The notes under the pieces were generated by a model, which saw nothing but the letters and a program-made list of their open reading frames with translations, had not been told where the DNA came from and did not search any database. 17,767 nucleotides of DNA from Thermotogota bacterium (GTDB lineage: Bacteria; Bipolaricaulota; Bipolaricaulia; UBA7950; UBA9294): assembly GCA_039679545.1 (NCBI GenBank), contig JBDKUT010000001.1, positions 1 to 17,767 on the forward strand. The letters run 5' to 3'. Below are positions 1 to 7,127 of the stretch, piece by piece. Positions within the stretch are counted from its first letter, which is position 1. Each line of letters starts with the position of its first letter. The position numbers were made by a program, and so were the translations under genes.

Positions 1-341
1 CGCCACCTCGAGCACTCCGCGATCCGCTTCGCGTAGTCGTCGGCGTGCGGGATGATCGGACGGCAGTCGAGTAGGTGGTCCAGGTACGAGGCCGCTCCGC
101 AGGTGTCCCACTTCTTGCGTCGCTCGAGCTCGGACCGCAGCGTCGCGGAGTCGACGTCGGCGCCGGCCTTGTGCAGCGCGACCATCGCGGACCAAATCTC
201 GCGGTTCTGCGGCGAGTAGAAGTCGCGCTCGCTCAGGATGTCGGCGGCGATCTGGATCGCGTCTTGTTCCACGAACGCGGCGCCGAGAAGCGCCTTCTCG
301 GATTCCTCGTCGTGTAGGTTTCCGTCTTCGTCAGCGATCAT
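1..341 (-). CDS. dnaB: Replicative DNA helicase DnaB, N-terminal part (runs off the window's left edge)
   Basis: Own translation (not in ORF track) from ATG at 341 with AAGGAGG upstream: MIADEDGNLHDEESEKALLGAAFVEQDAIQIAADILSERDFYSPQNREIWSAMVALHKAGADVDSATLRSELERRKKWDTCGAASYLDHLLDCRPIIPHADDYAKRIAE. This matches the DnaB N-domain pattern (E..LLG...DFY...R.I...M..L...G..VD..TL...L...YL..L....P.....YA). Confidence 0.88.
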   Translation of the reverse strand, partial: MIADEDGNLHDEESEKALLGAAFVEQDAIQIAADILSERDFYSPQNREIWSAMVALHKAGADVDSATLRSELERRKKWDTCGAASYLDHLLDCRPIIPHADDYAKRIAECSRW

Positions 342-990
342 CCCCGGAGTCCTCCTTGGATGCGACGACCTGGTCTGTCCACGCGAGCGACAGCTGGTTG
401 ATCTCGCGCCGGCGCCGGCGGCGGAGTACCACACTCCGCGGTCCGCGCTCGTTGTCCTCGCGACGATCCCAGGCCAGATCGGCTCGCCTGGCCTGCTCTA
501 CCTGCTCCTCGGTGCCCTGGAAGTATTCGCCGCAGCACAGGCACTTGAGAGTCTTCGGGTCCGTCTGGCCGTATGCTGCGGCACCGACACCAGCACGCGA
601 CCCGCAGTACGGACACGTCGGGCAGTCGTGGTACGGCTTGATGCGCAGCTTGGGCGACGACTCGAACATCCGCTCGTCGCCATAGCCGGCCTCGCCGTCG
701 AGATCGTCCCGGCGGCGACTCACGCCGGCACCGTCCCGGAAAACAGGCGAACCCACTCCTCGAGGGCGAACCCACTCCTCGAGCCAGAGCTTCGCGGCGT
801 CGGTGTGCCCCAGCTCGTCGAACATCCGCTCGGCGATCGGCGTGAACGGCTGCGTCGACGACCTCGAAAGCACGTAGGCCTGCGTCCAGCCCTGTGGCTG
901 CTCGTCGAACACCTCGACGGTGGCCTGGATGCCGACGGGCAGGTCGCACAGGTGCGAGACTCCGTAGTGCGGATTCGTCCAGCGGCTCAT
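331..990 (-). CDS. Hypothetical protein; apparent in-frame fusion of two genes (upstream ORF from 990 + Zn-finger ORF 723-331)
   Basis: ATG at 990 with GAGGAGG upstream, overlapping the previous stop (ATGA). C-terminal half has CPTCPYCG...CLCCG. A 19-bp tandem duplication at 746-783 joins the two frames. Confidence 0.6.
   Translation of the reverse strand: MSRWTNPHYGVSHLCDLPVGIQATVEVFDEQPQGWTQAYVLSRSSTQPFTPIAERMFDELGHTDAAKLWLEEWVRPRGVGSPVFRDGAGVSRRRDDLDGEAGYGDERMFESSPKLRIKPYHDCPTCPYCGSRAGVGAAAYGQTDPKTLKCLCCGEYFQGTEEQVEQARRADLAWDRREDNERGPRSVVLRRRRRREINQLSLAWTDQVVASKEDSGDDR
746..783. repeat. Perfect 19-bp tandem duplication GGCGAACCCACTCCTCGAG x2
   Basis: 746-764 and 765-783 are identical. 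Confidence 0.95.
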
Positions 991-1175
991 GGTCTGCAGT
1001 CCCTCCTCGTGGCGGACACGATCGGCTTCGGTCCCTGGTGGGCGATCTTCGTCGCCGCGCGATTCCGGCGCACCTCCCACCCGCAGCAGTGGCACTCCGT
1101 CCCCCACTGCGTCACCATCATCCGGCCGGATCGGCAGAGCGGGCAGGTTGGCGCCGATGACGGCGGCGGTTTCAT
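987..1175 (-). CDS. Small zinc-ribbon protein (62 aa)
   Basis: MKPPPSSAPTCPLCRSGRMMVTQWGTECHCCGWEV...; TGATG overlap with the upstream gene and ATGA overlap with the downstream gene (translational coupling). Confidence 0.7.
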   Translation of the reverse strand: MKPPPSSAPTCPLCRSGRMMVTQWGTECHCCGWEVRRNRAATKIAHQGPKPIVSATRRDCRP

Positions 1176-2146
1176 CAGGACTGCTCCTTCATCGCGGTCA
1201 CGATTCGCGGCAGGTTCCTCGGGATGAGCGACAGCGGGTGGCAGGCGGCGGAGAGGTAGCGGTCGTCCTCGATCGCCAGGTACGCCTTGAACACCCGGAG
1301 CACCCACGACTTCCACGACTCGGTCAGCTTGTTGCGCCGGTGGTAGTTCAGGACCGCAGCGGCGGCCCGCCGGTCCGCACCGGGGTTGTCCGGGTACGGG
1401 GTGCCGTTGTACCGCTCGGCTGCCTTCCACTCGATCGCGAACCGGCGCCGGCAGCGGTCCGGCTCGTCGAGTCCCTCGACCGGTGTGTCCGGCCCGACGT
1501 GACGGAGCGACTTCGAGCCAGCGCCCTTGCTCTCCTGTTCCGGAAGCGGATCGGATGCCAGGGAGAAGGCGTCCGACTCCGGATCCGGACCACTGGTCCC
1601 ACCTGTGCCTACATGCTGCTTTCCCACGTCGCCAGACGTGGGAGCGCAGATAGATCCATTCAACCCGGAAGCGGAAGCGGAAGCGGAAGCGGAAGCGGAA
1701 GCGGAAGCGGAAGCGATCACATTTGCTCGCATCTGCTCACAGACGCGAGCAGGTGCGTGCAAGATGTCGTTACATGTAATACCTTCCGGAAGGGGGTACC
1801 TGCACCGTTTTGCCCGCGCAGGTCCTTGTGATTTCCTCCATCCGCCACCAGGTCGGAAGATGCCGTATCTTGTCCTACCAATGGTGTAGAGGATGATTGG
1901 GGATGGATCACCGTCAGAGCCGTCCCTGGATAGTTCAACAACCAGGCGATCAGTGTGGTCTATCCCTGTCAGCCATGCCGGCCGTCGCGGGAAGGCGTTG
2001 GAGCAGAGCACCTCCGGGTCCGCCTCGAAGACCCCATAGTCGTCCGCCACGGTGATGAGGTGGTCCCACAGCACGCACGCCTCGGCGCTCATTCTCGCCC
2101 GGGTCCGCGACGTGCGGATCTCGTCCACGATGAGGCGGCGCGGCAT
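1175..2146 (-). CDS. Phage replication initiator (replisome-organizer-like) protein
   Basis: N-terminus MPRRLIVDEIRTS...LWDHLITVADDYG.FEADPEVL...AFP resembles phage initiator N-domains; low-complexity SASASA linker; located between a cro-like gene and dnaB. Confidence 0.7.
   Translation of the reverse strand: MPRRLIVDEIRTSRTRARMSAEACVLWDHLITVADDYGVFEADPEVLCSNAFPRRPAWLTGIDHTDRLVVELSRDGSDGDPSPIILYTIGRTRYGIFRPGGGWRKSQGPARAKRCRYPLPEGITCNDILHAPARVCEQMRANVIASASASASASASASASGLNGSICAPTSGDVGKQHVGTGGTSGPDPESDAFSLASDPLPEQESKGAGSKSLRHVGPDTPVEGLDEPDRCRRRFAIEWKAAERYNGTPYPDNPGADRRAAAAVLNYHRRNKLTESWKSWVLRVFKAYLAIEDDRYLSAACHPLSLIPRNLPRIVTAMKEQS
1666..1715. repeat. Hexanucleotide tandem repeat (GCGGAA)x~8, encodes Ser-Ala linker on - strand
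   Basis: Seven full GCGGAA units at 1671-1712 plus partial units on each side. Confidence 0.95.
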
Positions 2147-2152
2147 GCCGCT

Positions 2153-2377
2153 CTACTCTGCGCTCGTGGCGCCGTTGCCGTTCTTGATTGCGGGGTCCAC
2201 CAGGAGATCCTCGAAACTCACGCTGCCCTCGGTGGCGTCCACGATCGCCTTCGCCGTCCTGAGCCGACAGCCGCCGCCGCACTCGATGTTGGCGAGGGCG
2301 GTCTTGGTGATGCCTGTCCTTGCGGCCAGGACGTCCAGGGTGATTCCGTGTGAGGTTCGATATTCTCTGAGCGTCAT
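2153..2377 (-). CDS. Cro-like XRE-family helix-turn-helix regulator (74 aa)
   Basis: MTLREYRTSHGITLDVLAARTGITKTALANIECGGGCRLRTAKAIVDATEGSVSFEDLL: HTH_3/Cro pattern with a T.G.V..EDL tail; first gene of the leftward operon. Confidence 0.85.
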   Translation of the reverse strand: MTLREYRTSHGITLDVLAARTGITKTALANIECGGGCRLRTAKAIVDATEGSVSFEDLLVDPAIKNGNGATSAE

Positions 2378-2383
2378 GGTGCG

Positions 2384-2452
2384 AAGGTACTCCGTTCGTG
2401 GTTGGCGTGTCAACAGATAAAGGTTGACACCGCTAGCACGGCATGCGAGGCT
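2384..2452. promoter_or_regulatory. Back-to-back divergent sigma70-like promoters; inverted repeat GTGTCAAC-N8-GTTGACAC
   Basis: TTGACA on - strand (2413-2408), 18 bp, TACCTT (2389-2384). TTGACA on + strand (2424-2429), 17 bp, weak GAGGCT (2447-2452) preceded by TG. Palindrome spans 2407-2430. Confidence 0.6.
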
Positions 2453-2458
2453 CACGAC

Positions 2459-3298
2459 ATGCCGCAGCGCCTCTCAGCATCGCAGCTTCGCCGGAGCCAC
2501 TGGTGCCTTCGGCTGTTGCAGTACGAGGTGGTCCAGGGGCTCCGGCCGTTCTTCGTGGGGTGGGAGGCGGCGCGCGGCAACGCCACGCACAATGTTGTCG
2601 GCCGCAACCTGCAGCACCGGATCGAGCACGGCCGCTACATGCCAGTGCGCCGCATCGCAGACGAGGCGGCCGGTGCCTGGAAGGAGCAGTCGTTCTTCGT
2701 CGACACCGCGGCGATGAAGAAGTCCGGAAAGCAGCCTGGCGCCGTGCAGGACGACGTCATCGCGATGGCGCTCGCCCACGCCCGTCATGTTGCGAACGAC
2801 GTCGTGCCGCTCGCGGTGGAGCTCGAGGTCAGCGCTGAGGTGCCGGAGGTCGGCACCACCATCAGCGGCAGGATCGACGTCGTCTCCCGGCCCGTGTTTC
2901 TGGCGTCGTCCGCCGGCCCGTGGGGCGAGACTGTTGTCGTCGGACGCGATCGGCAGATCCGGGACCTGAAAACCAAGGACGGGTCGGTGCCGTCCATTCT
3001 TGGTGACGACGCGGACCAGTTGATCGTGTACCAGCTGGTGACACGAGCGATGGGCGAGCAGCCGGCTGACCTGCTCGCGGACTACGCCTGGCCGAAGGAC
3101 GCGGGCAAGACGAAGACCTTCGCGGTGGACGACGAGGCGGACCGGACCGCGATGGTGGTGCAGGACCTTCGAGCGCTGATTCGCGTCTACGAAACGGGGT
3201 TGTTCCCGCGCACGGGGCGCGGGAGTTGGTTGTGCCAGCCCGGGAAGTGCGCGCACTACGACTACTGCGTGCGAGGTCCCGGACGGCTGGATTTGTAG
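2459..3298 (+). CDS. PD-(D/E)XK exonuclease, Cas4/AddB-like with 4-Cys (probable Fe-S) motif
   Basis: LSASQL...C near the N-terminus; ISGRIDVV, IRDLKT, QLIVY motifs; C-terminal WLCQPGKCAHYDYC; directly upstream of recT. Confidence 0.82.
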   Translation: MPQRLSASQLRRSHWCLRLLQYEVVQGLRPFFVGWEAARGNATHNVVGRNLQHRIEHGRYMPVRRIADEAAGAWKEQSFFVDTAAMKKSGKQPGAVQDDVIAMALAHARHVANDVVPLAVELEVSAEVPEVGTTISGRIDVVSRPVFLASSAGPWGETVVVGRDRQIRDLKTKDGSVPSILGDDADQLIVYQLVTRAMGEQPADLLADYAWPKDAGKTKTFAVDDEADRTAMVVQDLRALIRVYETGLFPRTGRGSWLCQPGKCAHYDYCVRGPGRLDL

Positions 3299-3312
3299 AA
3301 GGAGAGGACACG

Positions 3313-4749
3313 ATGTCGGAGCCCAAGCAGTTGCCCGGAGCGGTGGAGCCCGAAGCGGTGGTGCAGGTCGGGAGCCTGCTCGCGCGGTGGAGGTCGAAGA
3401 TCCTGCAGGCCCTCCCGAAGTACATCGACCCGGAGCGCTTCACGCGGATCGTACTCACGACGATCCGGCAGACGCCGGTGCTGCAGAAGTGCTCGGTGGA
3501 GTCGATCATGGGCGCGGTGATGGAGGCCGCAGCGGACGGCCTCGAGCTCGACGGCGTGGACGCCGCGCTGGTGCCGTACTGGAACAGCGAGCTTCGGTGC
3601 TTCGAGGCGCAGTACCAGGCGATGTACCAGGGACTCCTCCGCCTGTGCCGGCGGAGCGTGAACGTCAAGGCGATCCACGCGCACGAGGTCTACGAGGGCG
3701 ACGTCTTCCGCGTTGCCCTTGGCTCGAGCCCGTCGATCGTCCACGAGCCGCAGTGGCTCAACAGCAGCGACGACAAGATCAGCCACGTCTACGTCGTTTT
3801 CGACTTCAAGGACGGCGCGCAGCAGTTCGAGATCATGACCCGCGAGCAGATCGAAACCATCATGAAGCGCTCCAAGTCCTACCAGAAGAAGGGCGCCGAG
3901 TCTGCCTGGGGAACATCCTTCGGCATGATGGCGCGGAAGACCGTCCTCCGCCGCGGGATGAAGTACGCCCCCACCGACGATCACTCGAAGGAAGTCGCGT
4001 TCCGCGACGAGCGGCGGGAGTTCACCTCGACGGCGGAGGTCGTGCAGGACGGAGTGCTCGAGCAGCCGAGGCAGTCGCCGGCTCTCGAGCAGGCGAAGAT
4101 CCTGTTCGGCGAGGTCAGGAAGTGGTGCAGGGCGACCGGCGAGGCCGACCCGCAGGGCGCCGCCACCAAGCTGCTCCGCGACGCCGTGGAGAAGGACTCC
4201 ATGATCGAGTGGACCGAGCAGGACGTCGTCGCCGCGCGGCAGCGCTTCGAGGAAGCGTCCCGCCCGAAGGCCCAGGAGCAGACCGCGAAGAAGCCCAAGG
4301 CGAAGCCGTCCGCCAAGGACGAGGCGCCCCCGGAGGAGCCGCCGGCGCCGGAGCCCCAGGGCGATGGACCTGAGCCGGCCCACGAGCCTGTCACCCCGGA
4401 GGCGGCCGGCGAGCAGCCCGCCATGTTCGGCGAGGGGACCCAGCCCAAGGCCGAGGAGAAGCCCAGGCCCTCGAAGCCGACCGAGTACGCCAAGCCGAAG
4501 GAGATCGAAGCCGCCGTCAAGGCGATGCGCCGCTGGTGCGCCGACATCGGGGCGGATGCGCCCCCGGACCAGGATGCCATCGTGGTGCAGTTCTGGCGCG
4601 AAATGGGCGCACCGGATCTGGATCACGTTCCGGCGGAGGTCTTCGCGAAGGTGCGCAAGGCCTCCGACACCGAGGACACCTTCAAGGTCGTGGCCCGCAG
4701 CTGGGTCGCCGATCACGGGAAGTCCGATCCCGGGAAGGCGTCCGAGTGA
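3313..4749 (+). CDS. recT: RecT-family single-strand annealing protein with long C-terminal extension (478 aa)
   Basis: ALPKYIDPERFTRIVLTTIRQTPVLQKCSVESIMGAVMEAAADGLE...LVPY...YQGLLRL.RRS...VYEGD.F...MTREQIE...RSKS...W...F.MMARKTVLRR..KYAP. AGGAGAGG RBS before ATG 3313. Confidence 0.92.
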   Translation: MSEPKQLPGAVEPEAVVQVGSLLARWRSKILQALPKYIDPERFTRIVLTTIRQTPVLQKCSVESIMGAVMEAAADGLELDGVDAALVPYWNSELRCFEAQYQAMYQGLLRLCRRSVNVKAIHAHEVYEGDVFRVALGSSPSIVHEPQWLNSSDDKISHVYVVFDFKDGAQQFEIMTREQIETIMKRSKSYQKKGAESAWGTSFGMMARKTVLRRGMKYAPTDDHSKEVAFRDERREFTSTAEVVQDGVLEQPRQSPALEQAKILFGEVRKWCRATGEADPQGAATKLLRDAVEKDSMIEWTEQDVVAARQRFEEASRPKAQEQTAKKPKAKPSAKDEAPPEEPPAPEPQGDGPEPAHEPVTPEAAGEQPAMFGEGTQPKAEEKPRPSKPTEYAKPKEIEAAVKAMRRWCADIGADAPPDQDAIVVQFWREMGAPDLDHVPAEVFAKVRKASDTEDTFKVVARSWVADHGKSDPGKASE

Positions 4750-4958
4750 TGGGGATGCAAGAGGCAACCGGATTTTGCACGCGGTGCAACACCAACCGGC
4801 TGATCCGCCGCAAGGCGACGTCGCACGGATTCCATTTCGTGATGACGCTGTTGACGTGCGGCCTGTGGTTGATCGTCTGGGTCCTCGCGTCCATCCGTTT
4901 CGGTGGCTGGCGCTGTAGCGCCTGCGGGGCGAAGGTGGAGAGGAGGTTGTTCGCGTGA
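4749..4958 (+). CDS. LITAF-like zinc-ribbon membrane protein (69 aa)
   Basis: CTRC...H.FHFVMTLLTCGLWLIVWVL...WRCSACG: CxxC, hydrophobic segment, CxxC. TGATG overlap with recT stop. Confidence 0.7.
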   Translation: MGMQEATGFCTRCNTNRLIRRKATSHGFHFVMTLLTCGLWLIVWVLASIRFGGWRCSACGAKVERRLFA

Positions 4959-5839
4959 TGGACTGGACCCACACGGAGCGGCGTCTCGGACTGGTGTTCC
5001 CGTTCCATTCGCTCGAGCCCGGAGCGTCGGCGCCTCGCCGCGAGAAGGACGGGCCCATCGACACCATCATCCTGCACTACACCGCGTGCTCGAACCTGCC
5101 GCGGATGTTCACCGCCGAGAAGACGATCGCGCTGATCGAGAGGGCGCGCCGGGCGCGAACGGTTGGAACACCGGACGCCCTCGAGGCGATCGCCGTTGCG
5201 AGGAGCTTCGCAGTGTCCCCGCGCGGTGTCGTCATCGACCCATGGGTGCCCGAGTCGATCGCCCAGGCTGCGATCTCCTGCGCCTCGCCGCGGGAGGCGA
5301 TCGCCCATTACTTCGTGGCGTCCACCCCGGGAATCACCCCTGCACACCCCACGGACTACTTCGTCTTGCGCGGGATCGTGAAGCAGGATGAGATCGTGCC
5401 GATCGCAGAGACCGTGCACCCCAGCCGGATCGCCCACCACGTCGGCCCGCTCACGGGGAACACGAACCGCCGCAGCATCGGGATCGAGGTCTGCTACCCA
5501 GGGCCGGCGCCACGGCGCCAGTGCAAGACGGAGCAGTCCGCCCGCGAGTGGTTCGCCGCGCGTAGGTGGAAGTGCCCGGATACGTGGTCTCGCGAGGTCT
5601 GCCTCGACGGCCTGTTGCGGTGGTTCGCCCCGGTGGACCCCCAGGTCTTCGACGTCGTCGTGGGGCTGATCGCGGACCTGTGCGTGGCGTACGCCACGAT
5701 CCGGCACCTCTGCTCCCACCACACGTTCAGCCCCAACAGCAGGATCGACCCGGATCCGCCGCTGTCGTTGCGGCGCATCACCCCTCAGGTCGAGGCCCTC
5801 GTGGGGCGCCGCCTGGACAACTCGAAGCCCAAGCGCTAG
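4955..5839 (+). CDS. N-acetylmuramoyl-L-alanine amidase (Amidase_2/AmpD-like), probable endolysin
   Basis: IDTIILHYT, AHYFV, AHHVG, NRRSIGIEV, SHH...RIDP motifs (Zn ligands H,H,D; catalytic E). AGGAGG RBS; start GTG 4955 or ATG 4958. Confidence 0.85.
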   Translation: MMDWTHTERRLGLVFPFHSLEPGASAPRREKDGPIDTIILHYTACSNLPRMFTAEKTIALIERARRARTVGTPDALEAIAVARSFAVSPRGVVIDPWVPESIAQAAISCASPREAIAHYFVASTPGITPAHPTDYFVLRGIVKQDEIVPIAETVHPSRIAHHVGPLTGNTNRRSIGIEVCYPGPAPRRQCKTEQSAREWFAARRWKCPDTWSREVCLDGLLRWFAPVDPQVFDVVVGLIADLCVAYATIRHLCSHHTFSPNSRIDPDPPLSLRRITPQVEALVGRRLDNSKPKR

Positions 5840-6016
5840 GATCATCCAACGAAACACTGCGATGGATGCCACGATTCACCACGACGGACACCACGAAAAC
5901 GACCAGAAAGACCACGTTTTTGTGGCAGAAATCGTTGCAAACCAGGGCTCGATTGCAGGGGTTACACCAACCTACATCTACCTACCGTTGAAAACACCTA
6001 GGGTACGACTGCGAAT

Positions 6017-6895
6017 ATGGGGTGTAAACCATTGGAATCGCTGAGGAAATGGCCTAGGTGGGTGAGGGATGATGCCACGCAACGTGCCCTCGAGTCCTTC
6101 GGTGATTACCTCGTCGGCCGGCGCATTTCCCACAACGTCGCGGCGATGTACGCAAAGCACGTGGCGCGCGGCTGGGACGACGTCGAGGGATACCTGCTGC
6201 GCCTCCCCTGGCAGGCGTGCAAACACGCGAAATATGCCCTGTCGCACTATGCCCGATGGAAGAGGCGCCCTTCGCTGATTCCCCTGATTCAAGCCGTCCC
6301 GGAGCCTGTCAAGGGGCCTAGGCGCCCCGTGCACGTGCCGGATTTCCAGCGGTGGCGCGAGCTCGGGCCGGAGCTCTTGCGGCGACACCCGGGCCCGCTG
6401 GGGCATGTTCTGTGGGTTCTGGTCTACAGCGGCTTGCGGATTTCTGACGTGCTGCTGTTGCGTCGGCCGGAGGTTATCCAGGCCGGGCTAGGCGCGGATG
6501 CAATCGTGCGGCAGAAAGGCGCAGGGCACGAGCGTCGACGCGACTGGCGCCCCGCCGGCGAGATTCTCCCGGCCTGCCGATCGCTGGCATCGGTGCCGGG
6601 GTGGACTGAGCTCTGGCAGGCCGTTAGCAGTAGCCTGCAGGGCGCCAAACTGCGGACGCGCGCTGCTATCCCCTCCCCGCATAGCCCGCACGATTTCCGG
6701 CGGACGTTTGCGACCTACCACTATGCCATGGGTGCGGATTTATTGGTGATAGCGAGAATGGGCGGATGGGAATCTCCGTCAAGTGTCGAACGATACATCG
6801 TGCACGTACCATCCGAAAGGGTTGACTATTTTAGACGTCGTATGTCGCTCGCCTTGTTCCCGCACGGCACACCGTACGACCGGCCGACCCGATAG
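6017..6895 (+). CDS. Tyrosine recombinase/integrase (compact, Xer-like size)
   Basis: YSGLRISDVL (R), QKG (K), HDFRRTFAT (HxxR), MGGW (W in place of H), VERY (Y): complete catalytic set. Confidence 0.9.
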   Translation: MGCKPLESLRKWPRWVRDDATQRALESFGDYLVGRRISHNVAAMYAKHVARGWDDVEGYLLRLPWQACKHAKYALSHYARWKRRPSLIPLIQAVPEPVKGPRRPVHVPDFQRWRELGPELLRRHPGPLGHVLWVLVYSGLRISDVLLLRRPEVIQAGLGADAIVRQKGAGHERRRDWRPAGEILPACRSLASVPGWTELWQAVSSSLQGAKLRTRAAIPSPHSPHDFRRTFATYHYAMGADLLVIARMGGWESPSSVERYIVHVPSERVDYFRRRMSLALFPHGTPYDRPTR

Positions 6896-6896
6896 T

Positions 6897-6935
6897 GTGT
6901 TACGATTGCAACACTGTGGCTAGAACGTAACACGT
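6897..6935. promoter_or_regulatory. Operator-like GTGTTAC repeats: GTGTTAC-N4-GCAACAC (6897-6914) and inverted CGTAACAC (6926-6933)
   Basis: Seen directly, just after the recombinase stop; the motif recurs at 7052-7091 and 15169-15186. Confidence 0.5.
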
Positions 6936-7005
6936 AAAGACAGGACATTATACGTCAACGATTCCATGCGGTTATCCGTACCACTGCGGAATCGGCCGGA
7001 TCGGA

Positions 7006-7035
7006 TTGTCATGGAAAGGGTATTTCGGCCATAAT
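7006..7035 (+). promoter_or_regulatory. sigma70-like promoter TTGTCA-N18-CATAAT for the downstream array
   Basis: -35 at 7006-7011, -10 at 7030-7035, in an AT-richer intergenic region upstream of ORF 7128. Confidence 0.6.
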
Positions 7036-7051
7036 AGTTTCGGAGTCTTAC

Positions 7052-7091
7052 AACGTGTTACGGTTGGCATGGGGCCCGCATGTAACACGTT
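7052..7091. promoter_or_regulatory. Perfect 10-bp inverted repeat AACGTGTTAC-N20-GTAACACGTT (operator-like)
   Basis: Arms at 7052-7061 and 7082-7091, just downstream of the predicted transcription start. Confidence 0.55.
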
Positions 7092-7127
7092 CTGTCCGCC
7101 TAGCAGCGGACCGGGAGGGCAGACCCG

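Noticed and set aside
1666..1715. CRISPR array or cas locus (repeat near a Cas4-like gene)
   Set aside because: Simple hexamer tandem without spacers; no cas1/cas2 in the window.
3262..5070. Long antisense and alternate-frame ORFs (e.g. 3262-5070 -, 9124-10986 -, 12529-13974 -, 238-1227 +)
   Set aside because: Shadows of real genes in high-GC DNA; Arg/Pro/Gly-rich, no motifs or RBS.
5941..5970. tRNA 3'-end-like att core (GGGCTCGATT...CACCA)
   Set aside because: No pairing T-stem or acceptor stem.
7021..7050. dif/Xer site (TTCGGCCATAA resembles an XerC arm)
   Set aside because: No XerD arm (TTATGTTAAAT-like) at 6-bp spacing; better explained as the -10 box.
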